This document shows, in pieces, positions 41,895 through 50,677 of a stretch of 64,000 bases of DNA. Within the stretch, counting starts at the first letter, position 1, and every line of letters starts with the position of its first letter. The stretch comes from Pseudomonadota bacterium (GTDB lineage: Bacteria; Pseudomonadota; Gammaproteobacteria; Methylococcales; Methylococcaceae): NCBI GenBank assembly GCA_041158225.1, contig JBEBBU010000165.1, positions 256-64,255 of the forward strand, written 5' to 3'. The notes below the pieces were generated by a model. The model saw nothing but the letters and a program-made list of their open reading frames with translations, did not search any database and was not told where the DNA came from. The translations under genes and the position numbers were made by a program.

Positions 41895-43418
41895 TCAGGT
41901 TTCCTCATGCAGGAGCAGATGGCGTGGACGTAGTCCAAGCAGCCATAGTGAGCTGGCATAGGTCAGCATGCCCAGAGTGATCCATAGCGCAAGGCTGGTG
42001 ATGCGTTCTGTCAGGGTCCAGTCCCCCCATGGATAGCTGGTTGCGGCATACCAGAGCAGGGCGCCCATGGCGCCGTTGGCAAGCAGACTGCGCAACAGAA
42101 AGAAAAGCCAGCCCTTGCGTGGCTGGTAGATGCGGTCACGACGCAGGCGCGTGAACAGCAGTATGCAGTTGACCCAGGCGGCCATGGCGGTAGCCAGTGC
42201 CAGCCCTGCATGCCCCCAGCCTAAAGGGGCCAGTGGAAATATCAGGGCCAGATTGAAGATGACATTGGCGAGCATGGCATACATACCGCAGCGTACTGGG
42301 GTTTTCAGGTCTTTTCTGGAACTGAATCCGGGTACCAGCACCTTGATGGCAATGAAGGCAAGTAGTCCTGTGGAGTAGGTCATGAGACTGCGGCTGGCCA
42401 TGACGACGTCGTGACTGGAAAAATGATCCCGCTGGAACAGGGTTGAAATCAGCGGCTGGGCCAGAAGCACCAGGCCTACGGTGGCCGGGATGGCGATAAG
42501 GATGACCCAGCGCAGCGCCCAGTCCAGGGAGTGGGAAAAGCCGCTGCTGTTGTTACTGCTGTGATTGCGTGACAGGTGGGGCAGAATCACGGTGCCTATG
42601 GCGACGCCAAAGATACCCAGCGGAAACTCGACCAGCCGGTCCGAGTAGTAGAGCCAGGACACGCTGCCGGTCACCAGAAAGGAGGCTATCAGTGTATCAA
42701 TCAGGAGGTTGACCTGGGTGACGGAGACGCCAAATATGGCGGGCACCATGAGCTGCATGATGCGTCTGACTCCGGGATCATGGAAACCGCAGCGCAGGCG
42801 CGGCATGAGCCCTGATCGGATCAGCACCGGAAACTGGAATAAAAGTTGCAGGGCGCCCGCAAAGAATACCCCCCAGGCAAGCGCTTCAATCGGTACGCCC
42901 ATGTAGGGCGTCAGCCAGAGTGCTGCTGCGATCATGGCGATGTTCAGCAGTACTGGCGTCAGCGCGGGGATGGCAAAATATCCCCATGTATTGAGAATGC
43001 CGCCTGCAAAAGCGGTCATGGATATGAAGAACAGGTAAGGAAAGGTGATGCGCAGCATCTCGACACTGAGCTGGTAGGCATCGCCCTGGGTATAGAAACC
43101 AGGGGCGAACATGAAAATGATCGCTGGTGCCGCCATCATGCCAATAAGGGTGGTCAGCATCAGGATGATGGCTAGCGTACCCGCTGTCCGGTCGAGGAAC
43201 TGCCGGATACCATCCCTGTCGTAGTGGGTTTTATAGTCAGAAAGTACCGGTACGAAAGCCTGCGAGAAAGCGCCTTCCGCAAACAGGCGTCGCAGGAAGT
43301 TGGGGATCTTGAAAGCCACAAAAAAAGCATCGGTAGCGGCATTGGCACCAAATACCTGTGCGACGACCACATCCCGCGCAAATCCGAGCAGACGCGAGAT
43401 AAAGGTCATGCTGCCCAC
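41895..43418 (-). CDS. murJ: Lipid II flippase MurJ
   Basis: MTFISRLLGFARDVVVAQVFGA...FFVAFKIPNFLRRLFAEGAFSQAFVP matches MurJ. The frame stays open upstream (LSKQLIRSTAVVGS), so the true start may be a non-ATG codon near 43460. Confidence 0.9.
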   Translation of the reverse strand: MGSMTFISRLLGFARDVVVAQVFGANAATDAFFVAFKIPNFLRRLFAEGAFSQAFVPVLSDYKTHYDRDGIRQFLDRTAGTLAIILMLTTLIGMMAAPAIIFMFAPGFYTQGDAYQLSVEMLRITFPYLFFISMTAFAGGILNTWGYFAIPALTPVLLNIAMIAAALWLTPYMGVPIEALAWGVFFAGALQLLFQFPVLIRSGLMPRLRCGFHDPGVRRIMQLMVPAIFGVSVTQVNLLIDTLIASFLVTGSVSWLYYSDRLVEFPLGIFGVAIGTVILPHLSRNHSSNNSSGFSHSLDWALRWVILIAIPATVGLVLLAQPLISTLFQRDHFSSHDVVMASRSLMTYSTGLLAFIAIKVLVPGFSSRKDLKTPVRCGMYAMLANVIFNLALIFPLAPLGWGHAGLALATAMAAWVNCILLFTRLRRDRIYQPRKGWLFFLLRSLLANGAMGALLWYAATSYPWGDWTLTERITSLALWITLGMLTYASSLWLLGLRPRHLLLHEET

Positions 43419-43515
43419 AACGGCAGTTGATCGGATGAGTTGCTTGCTCAGGGGAGGTCGCCGGATATCATGAATGAATGGGCTATTATAGGTGGATTGC
43501 AGCGGTCGGGGAGTC

Positions 43516-43544
43516 TTGACAGGAAGGGCTGAAGGGTGGAAAAT
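43516..43544 (+). promoter_or_regulatory. Putative sigma70 promoter of rpsT
   Basis: TTGACA (43516-43521), a 17-nt spacer and GAAAAT (43539-43544) lie about 37 nt upstream of the proposed start codon. Confidence 0.5.
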
Positions 43545-43580
43545 GCCGGTTTACTGAATTTTTCAATATTGGGGTTGACC

Positions 43581-43859
43581 TTGGCCAACATAGCTTCTGC
43601 AAAAAAGCGCGCACGTCAGTCTGAGGAGCGTCGCGCCCACAATGCTGCGATGCGCAGCCGTCTGCGTACTTTCATCAAAAAAGTCATTCTGGCTGTCCAG
43701 TCAGGTGATGTTGCCAAGGCTCAGCAGGCCTACCGTGAAGCCGTACCCGTGATCGACTCATCCGTTAACAAGGGTCTGATCCATCGCAATAAGGCTGCTC
43801 GCGGCAAGAGCCGTCTGAATGCCCGTGTAAAGGCGCTGGTACTTTCCCAGGCCAGCTAA
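43581..43859 (+). CDS. rpsT: 30S ribosomal protein S20
   Basis: The conserved N-terminus [17 protein letters not shown] begins at a TTG codon at 43581. E. coli rpsT is also known to use UUG. The longer track ORF starting at 43536 adds a non-conserved extension. Confidence 0.9.
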   Translation: MANIASAKKRARQSEERRAHNAAMRSRLRTFIKKVILAVQSGDVAKAQQAYREAVPVIDSSVNKGLIHRNKAARGKSRLNARVKALVLSQAS

Positions 43860-43878
43860 CGCTGCATGCCCTTTACAG

Positions 43879-43904
43879 AAAAGCCGCCTTCGGGCGGTTT
43901 TTTT
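43879..43904. terminator. Bidirectional rho-independent terminator between rpsT and proB
   Basis: AAAAGCCGCC-TTCG-GGCGGTTTTTTT has an A-tract on one side and a T-tract on the other, between convergent genes. Confidence 0.75.
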
Positions 43905-43937
43905 ATGCGTGCTGCCTGTCGGGTTGCGATACTGTTT

Positions 43938-46131
<2,194 letters not shown>

Positions 46132-46182
46132 TCAGGTAGACCTGCCGGGACGCGCTGGACGCGTCCCGATGCAAGAGAGGGG

Positions 46183-46440
46183 TCAGACGGGGACGATATT
46201 GACGTACTTGCGCCCCATGGGGCCCTTGGTTCTGAATTCAACCCTGCCTTCGGCGGTGGCGAACAGCGTATAGTCGCGACCACAGCCGACATTGTCGCCT
46301 GCATGGAAGCGGGTGCCGCGCTGGCGTACGATGATGTTGCCAGCGCTGACCAGTTCGCCGCCAAAGCGTTTGACGCCCAGTCGCTTGGATTCTGAATCGC
46401 GACCGTTGCGTGAACTGCCGCCTGCCTTTTTATGTGCCAT
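46183..46440 (-). CDS. rpmA: 50S ribosomal protein L27
   Basis: [24 protein letters not shown] is the L27 N-terminus. Confidence 0.97.
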   Translation of the reverse strand: MAHKKAGGSSRNGRDSESKRLGVKRFGGELVSAGNIIVRQRGTRFHAGDNVGCGRDYTLFATAEGRVEFRTKGPMGRKYVNIVPV

Positions 46441-46470
46441 GATTGTGCTCCTTGACTGCTGCTGGCCAGA

Positions 46471-46782
46471 TCAGGCGCTGATGCTGGTGATCTGGATTTC
46501 AGTGAAATTCTGGCGGTGCCCCTGCCGTTTCATGTGGTGCTTGCGGCGACGGAACTTGATGATGTGCACTTTGGGCATGCGGCCGTGTGAGGTTACGGTG
46601 GCCACAACCTTGCCGCCGGCTACCAGGGGGGTGCCGACATGCAGTTTGTCGTCCGTCTGAACCAGCAGTACCTGATCAAAGGTGACTTCCTGACCTGCCT
46701 CGACATCAAGGGTTTCAATTTTCAGGCGATCGCCCGGTTCTACGCGGTACTGTTTTCCGCCTGTCTGAATCACAGCGTACAT
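46471..46782 (-). CDS. rplU: 50S ribosomal protein L21
   Basis: [14 protein letters not shown] is the L21 N-terminus and begins at the internal ATG at 46782. Confidence 0.95.
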   Translation of the reverse strand: MYAVIQTGGKQYRVEPGDRLKIETLDVEAGQEVTFDQVLLVQTDDKLHVGTPLVAGGKVVATVTSHGRMPKVHIIKFRRRKHHMKRQGHRQNFTEIQITSISA

Positions 46783-46819
46783 GGGGGTACTCCGAAAGGA
46801 ATATTGCAATAAACCGACA

Positions 46820-46849
46820 ATTCTAGATGAGCTGCAAGCATGGCGTCAA
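46820..46849 (-). promoter_or_regulatory. Putative sigma70 promoter of rplU-rpmA
   Basis: On the reverse strand, TTGACG (46849-46844), an 18-nt spacer and TAGAAT (46825-46820) lie about 40 nt upstream of the rplU ATG. Confidence 0.5.
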
Positions 46850-46898
46850 GATCATGGGTGAAATTGTCGGAACTGGTGGCGCGAAGGCTTGCATTTCC

Positions 46899-46929
46899 GC
46901 ACGGCGTCGATTATAAATCGACGCCGTGC
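46899..46929. repeat. Perfect 13-bp inverted repeat with TATAA loop
   Basis: GCACGGCGTCGAT-TATAA-ATCGACGCCGTGC has no U-tract on either strand. It sits between the rplU promoter and the first mini-lipoprotein gene. Confidence 0.6.
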
Positions 46930-46988
46930 TCACGGCACTTTAAACAATACTGTTCAAGACTTTCATCATCGTTGTTAAGGAGGATTTT

Positions 46989-47108
46989 ATGAAAAAGGCT
47001 CTTTGCGTTTTCGGCGTTGTAATGATGTCCTTGCTCGCTGTTGGCTGTGGCAATTCACCTGACGGTGATTCAGGCAGGCTGGCCAGTCACGTGGCGCCTT
47101 CCCTTTAA
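46989..47108 (+). CDS. 39-aa lipoprotein-type peptide, paralog 1 (below ORF-track cutoff)
   Basis: My own translation gives MKKALCVFGVVMMSLLAVGCGNSPDGDSGRLASHVAPSL. TAAGGAGG lies 6 nt upstream of the ATG. The Cys20 context LAVG-C is a lipobox. It is a paralog of the 47714..47833 gene, and the differences between them are mostly synonymous. Confidence 0.65.
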   Translation: MKKALCVFGVVMMSLLAVGCGNSPDGDSGRLASHVAPSL

Positions 47109-47191
47109 TCCATCAGGATTGGGTGTCTGAAAAGCACGGTTCCCAAATTCAATAAACATAAAGGGTTAAGCCCCGTGCTATGTAACATCAG

Positions 47192-47221
47192 ACCCGGACA
47201 CCCCATGTGTTCGGGTTTTTT
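47192..47221 (+). terminator. Rho-independent terminator downstream of mini-lipoprotein 1
   Basis: A 9-bp stem with one G.U pair (ACCCGGACA-CCCCATG-TGTTCGGGT) is followed by TTTTTT. Confidence 0.65.
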
Positions 47222-47361
47222 GCAACAGGGAATTGCCAGTAAGTGTGTATTGACACCCGCAGTCTGATTAACTGACAATAGCGGGACGATCACGGTACGG
47301 CCGTATCCGAACGATTTCCATACATTGAATTAACAACACTTAAATAAGAAGGTAGGTAGAA

Positions 47362-47487
47362 ATGGGTGCCATACTTGATCTGGTTGAAAAGATGAGATCC
47401 CCTGTAGGTATCGTAGTGACCCTGGCGATCATCGCTGTTGGTTTCTACTTCGTTCGTTGGGTATTCAACGACTCAGACAAGCAGTAA
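47362..47487 (+). CDS. 41-aa single-TM peptide (below ORF-track cutoff)
   Basis: My own translation gives MGAILDLVEKMRSPVGIVVTLAIIAVGFYFVRWVFNDSDKQ. A purine-rich AAGAAGGTAGG lies upstream. A strong terminator starts 19 nt after the stop. Confidence 0.5.
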   Translation: MGAILDLVEKMRSPVGIVVTLAIIAVGFYFVRWVFNDSDKQ

Positions 47488-47505
47488 TCTGCCTGTCTGG
47501 AAGAG

Positions 47506-47538
47506 GCGTGGCGGGGTTTGCCGTCACGCTTTTTTTTT
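47506..47538 (+). terminator. Rho-independent terminator after the 41-aa peptide gene
   Basis: GCGTGGCGG-GGTTTG-CCGTCACGC (one mismatch) is followed by a run of 9 T residues. Confidence 0.75.
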
Positions 47539-47713
47539 GCCTGTTATAGCCTCTCTGCCATCTCCTGATACTAAATTTCCATTTTTTGCGTGCTCTGATG
47601 TAGAAATGTATCTGCTGTTGAGGTACATTTTACCGCGTCAGTCACCTGACTGGTGGTTGTCCACAGGCTTCTATGTAAGCTGGCTGAATAATAATCATTC
47701 TTAGGAGGATGTC

Positions 47714-47833
47714 ATGAAGAAAGTACTTCTGGTTCTGGGTGTTGTAATGGTATCTCTGATGGCTGCTGGTTGCGGCAACTCAGCCGATGGCGATTCAGGT
47801 CGTCTGAGCTTCAAGTCTGCTCCTTCCCTGTAA
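47714..47833 (+). CDS. 39-aa lipoprotein-type peptide, paralog 2 (below ORF-track cutoff)
   Basis: My own translation gives MKKVLLVLGVVMVSLMAAGCGNSADGDSGRLSFKSAPSL. TTAGGAGG lies 5 nt upstream of the ATG. The lipobox is MAAG-C. It has the same length and Cys position as paralog 1. Confidence 0.65.
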   Translation: MKKVLLVLGVVMVSLMAAGCGNSADGDSGRLSFKSAPSL

Positions 47834-47921
47834 TTCCCGGGAGCGTGGCCGCCCTCGCGGTATTGCCGCGGGGGATGGTTCATCCTTTTTCCTCGTCATC
47901 TTTCATTACTGAGTCTTGTTG

Positions 47922-48467
47922 ATGAAGCCACTATCGTCCGTTTCCGTCCTGCTTGGTGTCGGTGTGCTGTTAGCAGGTTGTGGTGGTGTAAATTCCCAAG
48001 GCCCGTCTGCAGGTGTCGGCAGAGCTGCAAATGAGCTGCAAACAGGCCAGAGCCCGTCTTCCTCCGGTACAGCGTTTGTTCCGGGGCTGGGTGAGATCAT
48101 GGCTCAGACCGCTGCGCGGCATGTCAAACTCTGGTTTGCCGGTCAAGGCAAAAACTGGGCACTGGCGGCCTACGAGCTTGATGAGATCCGTGAAGGTCTG
48201 GACGATGCCGGCAAGTACCATCCCACTCACAAGTCTATTGCCGCTCCCATACCCATCCTGATCAAATCCTGGATGGACAAGCCTCTGGCGGGGCTTGACG
48301 AGGCAGTCAAGGCCAGGGATCTCGTGCGTTTTACCAGACATTTCGATGAGTTGACCGAAGGTTGTAATGCCTGTCATCGCGGAACGGATTTTGGTTATAA
48401 CCAGGTGATCCGTCCCAATTTCAACCCATTTCCAAGTCAGTCGTTTACCGCAACTGATCCATCCTGA
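47922..48467 (+). CDS. Lipoprotein with a C-terminal CXXCH heme-binding motif (class II cytochrome c-like, putative)
   Basis: The signal and lipobox are MKPLSSVSVLLGVGVLLAGC. The mature part looks predominantly helical and has a single CNACH motif about 30 residues from the C-terminus, as in four-helix-bundle class II cytochromes c. I took the ATG at 47922 as the start rather than the upstream TTG. Confidence 0.55.
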   Translation: MKPLSSVSVLLGVGVLLAGCGGVNSQGPSAGVGRAANELQTGQSPSSSGTAFVPGLGEIMAQTAARHVKLWFAGQGKNWALAAYELDEIREGLDDAGKYHPTHKSIAAPIPILIKSWMDKPLAGLDEAVKARDLVRFTRHFDELTEGCNACHRGTDFGYNQVIRPNFNPFPSQSFTATDPS

Positions 48468-48491
48468 CATCCGTCAGTGTGGTTTCCCGTG

Positions 48492-49127
48492 CTACGCAGT
48501 CTTTCCGTTATTGTGAGACTGGCGCAGCAGGCGTGGCAGCGCAAATCCCATGGCCAGTACGGCCAGTGCCGTCAGCAGGACAAACTTGCCGAACTGGCTT
48601 GCTGCTACTGGAGTGACTGCGGGCGCAGTGGCTACCAGCAACGGGATGTGCAGCGCTGACACCTCCTGCGGTATGTTCAGCTCACTGTGCTGGACATAAA
48701 GCACGGTCTCATAGTGGCCGGGCGTGGGGAAATCAACGCTTAATCCGGTAACGCCCTGCTTCACCACAGTAGGTGCAGTCTCTGAAAGCACCTTGCCTTT
48801 CTGGTCCAGTACTCTGATCACTACCGGCTGGTTGCGTACATCGCGGTCGAGAAGATCCAGGGTGATCTGTGTATTGCCGGTGCGTGCGATTTCCAGGCAC
48901 TGCGCGGTTGGCGGCTGTCTTGCTTCGCCTGGCGCTACAGGCGGCATCTGGAATGCCGCAAAATTGGCGACATAATAATCATTGCTCTGCATGCAGCCAT
49001 ACATGTCCATTTTGCCGCCTGGCCCCTGTCGCGGTGCCAGAGGTACGGAAGCAGGAGCTTCGTGGCTGGTACATAGCAGGCAGGTGCTCAGGGCAATGGC
49101 TGCGATGGAAAGAAATGGCCTGTTCAT
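48492..49127 (-). CDS. Hypothetical periplasmic beta-rich protein with C-terminal TM anchor
   Basis: The protein has a signal peptide (MNRPFLSIAAIALSTCLLCTSHEAPA), a segment that looks beta-sandwich-like (ITLDLLDRDVRNQPVVIRVLDQKGKVL) and a C-terminal helix (FVLLTALAVLAMGFALP) followed by basic residues. Its ATG overlaps the stop of the CopC-like gene (ATGA). Confidence 0.5.
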   Translation of the reverse strand: MNRPFLSIAAIALSTCLLCTSHEAPASVPLAPRQGPGGKMDMYGCMQSNDYYVANFAAFQMPPVAPGEARQPPTAQCLEIARTGNTQITLDLLDRDVRNQPVVIRVLDQKGKVLSETAPTVVKQGVTGLSVDFPTPGHYETVLYVQHSELNIPQEVSALHIPLLVATAPAVTPVAASQFGKFVLLTALAVLAMGFALPRLLRQSHNNGKTA

Positions 49128-49531
49128 GGTGCACCTCCCTGGGTTTCGTTGACTTTGACGGAAAATCGGTAGATGCCGCTGATGACCAGGCCATCTTCAG
49201 TAATGACGCGGTAGTGAGCCACATAGGATCCGGGTGGCAGTGGCGAAGCGGTGGAAGCTTTGAGTTCGCTGCGTTCGCCAATGGTGATGCTGGCGTCCTG
49301 GCGGTCTACGCGCTGGCCTGATTTGTCCAGTATGACCAGTGAAGGCGATCTTTCCCCGATGTTACCTGTAAACCAGAGTTTCAGTGTACCGTCAAATTTT
49401 GCAGTGATTTCATTGTCGCGTGGAGCGCCGCCTATCAGACGGCCTTCAGCCCATGCGTTCCCTGCAAGCAGAGATGGCAGGACTAGCAGCGCCGTTAGTG
49501 ACAGACGCTTGCAGGCGGAAGACTGTTTCAT
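49124..49531 (-). CDS. CopC-domain-like periplasmic protein lacking canonical copper ligands
   Basis: The signal peptide ends in AWA. The C-terminal LPPGSYVAHYRVITEDGLVISGIYRFSV matches the CopC pattern L..G.Y.V.WRV.S.DGH...G...F.V, but Leu replaces the His of DGH. No N-terminal His follows the predicted cleavage site. Confidence 0.55.
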   Translation of the reverse strand: MKQSSACKRLSLTALLVLPSLLAGNAWAEGRLIGGAPRDNEITAKFDGTLKLWFTGNIGERSPSLVILDKSGQRVDRQDASITIGERSELKASTASPLPPGSYVAHYRVITEDGLVISGIYRFSVKVNETQGGAP

Positions 49532-49568
49532 GGTTTAACCCTGTGATCGGATGGTGGATGGGGCGGTT

Positions 49569-49973
49569 TCAGGGAAGGCCGAGAGTGCTGCTGATCAGCA
49601 GTACCAGCGGATCAATGACCGGATGGAAAAAGCCCAGGGTAATAATCAGCAGGCTTATCGCATAAAACTGGCTCCAGCGTCTCAGTGAAAAATCCTGCTG
49701 GCGCCATAAATAGTGAAAGATCAGCCAGCTGATGACCCAGACGACGACAGCCATGGTTTCCTTGCCTGAGTAGGAGCCTATGCTGCCATCTGGGCCACTG
49801 CCCACAGCGCCAGGTATCCAGTAGCCATAGGCATGAACCGCGCGATCCAGTGCCGGGGAGAGGCGTGAGATGTGGTGGCTTACCATGAGCGTGACAAATG
49901 CCAGCAGGGGGGCCAGTGTGGCTGCAATGACGGGGCCATTGTAGACGGGTTGCTGATTGGACTTGGTATTCAT
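49569..49973 (-). CDS. Hypothetical integral membrane protein (3-4 TM)
   Basis: The hydrophobic helices are VIAATLAPLLAFVTLMV, MAVVVWVISWLIFHYLW and FYAISLLIITLGFF, and several His residues lie in or near them. GGAAGA lies upstream and the gap from the preceding gene is 9 nt. Confidence 0.5.
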   Translation of the reverse strand: MNTKSNQQPVYNGPVIAATLAPLLAFVTLMVSHHISRLSPALDRAVHAYGYWIPGAVGSGPDGSIGSYSGKETMAVVVWVISWLIFHYLWRQQDFSLRRWSQFYAISLLIITLGFFHPVIDPLVLLISSTLGLP

Positions 49974-49982
49974 GTATCTTCC

Positions 49983-50606
49983 TCAGACAAAGCGCAGTTT
50001 GGCGAGCGTCAGTCCGGCGACAAAACCACCGAGCAGAAAAAGCCAGGATAGTAGTATCAGTATCCCGGTGAACTGGGTAATATCGCGCCGTTCTTCAAGG
50101 TGATCGCGGTAGTAAAAGGTGATGAAGGTGGCGGCCAGCATCAGTGGAAACGGAAAGATGCTGATGAATTCCTTGAACTCCATCAGGACATTATGGAAGT
50201 TGGCGACATGCTGCAGTATCCAGTCTCTGGGGCCGTCTGTGCCGCGATAGCGCATGTAGATCCAGTTACCTGAAATGAGTGCAGTGAAATTCAGTGCGGT
50301 GGACAGCATCAGCATATCGCGCAGTGATTCCATATTGACATGAACACCCCGGATCAGCGGGTAAGCCCGGTGGGTCATGAAAGTGCCCATGATCATGGCG
50401 CCAATGGCGCTGGTACCATGCACGCCGGCCTGTACGCTGTAGGCGCTGGGATAGAAGAAATCCAGGCCTCCCAGTGCAAGCAGCAGACTCAGGCCCAGCA
50501 ATGCCTGGGTTCTGGCCAGTACTTTGGCAAGCGTTGGATGCAATACAGTATGTTGCGGCATGTCTCTGGTCCTGTGATGCGTCAAGATGCGTGACTGACC
50601 GCTCAT
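49983..50606 (-). CDS. Hypothetical integral membrane protein (about 5 TM)
   Basis: There are five hydrophobic segments, for example LLGLSLLLALGGLDFFY, MLMLSTALNFTALISGNWIYM and FTGILILLSWLFLLGGFVAGLTL. It is the first gene of a four-gene same-strand cluster. The start could instead be Met16 at 50561. Confidence 0.5.
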   Translation of the reverse strand: MSGQSRILTHHRTRDMPQHTVLHPTLAKVLARTQALLGLSLLLALGGLDFFYPSAYSVQAGVHGTSAIGAMIMGTFMTHRAYPLIRGVHVNMESLRDMLMLSTALNFTALISGNWIYMRYRGTDGPRDWILQHVANFHNVLMEFKEFISIFPFPLMLAATFITFYYRDHLEERRDITQFTGILILLSWLFLLGGFVAGLTLAKLRFV

Positions 50607-50677
50607 TATATACTACCTGTAGCATTGTCCTGACGGCATCAGTGATACACTTTTTACATCGAAACGGAGAACTATGC

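Noticed and set aside
47105-47293. A 62-aa reverse ORF between the small-peptide genes
   Set aside because: It has no ribosome-binding site, runs through the plus-strand terminator hairpin, and has low-quality composition.
47438-47704. An 88-aa plus-strand ORF
   Set aside because: It starts inside the 41-aa peptide gene in another frame, reads straight through the T9 terminator and has no Shine-Dalgarno site.
47701-47883. A 60-aa reverse ORF overlapping mini-lipoprotein 2
   Set aside because: It is antisense to the better-supported plus-strand peptide gene, which has a ribosome-binding site, a lipobox and a paralog. Its own sequence is Pro/Arg-rich.
47970-48470. A 166-aa reverse ORF inside the cytochrome-like gene
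   Set aside because: It lacks a signal, motifs and a ribosome-binding site. The plus-strand frame has a lipobox and a CXXCH motif.
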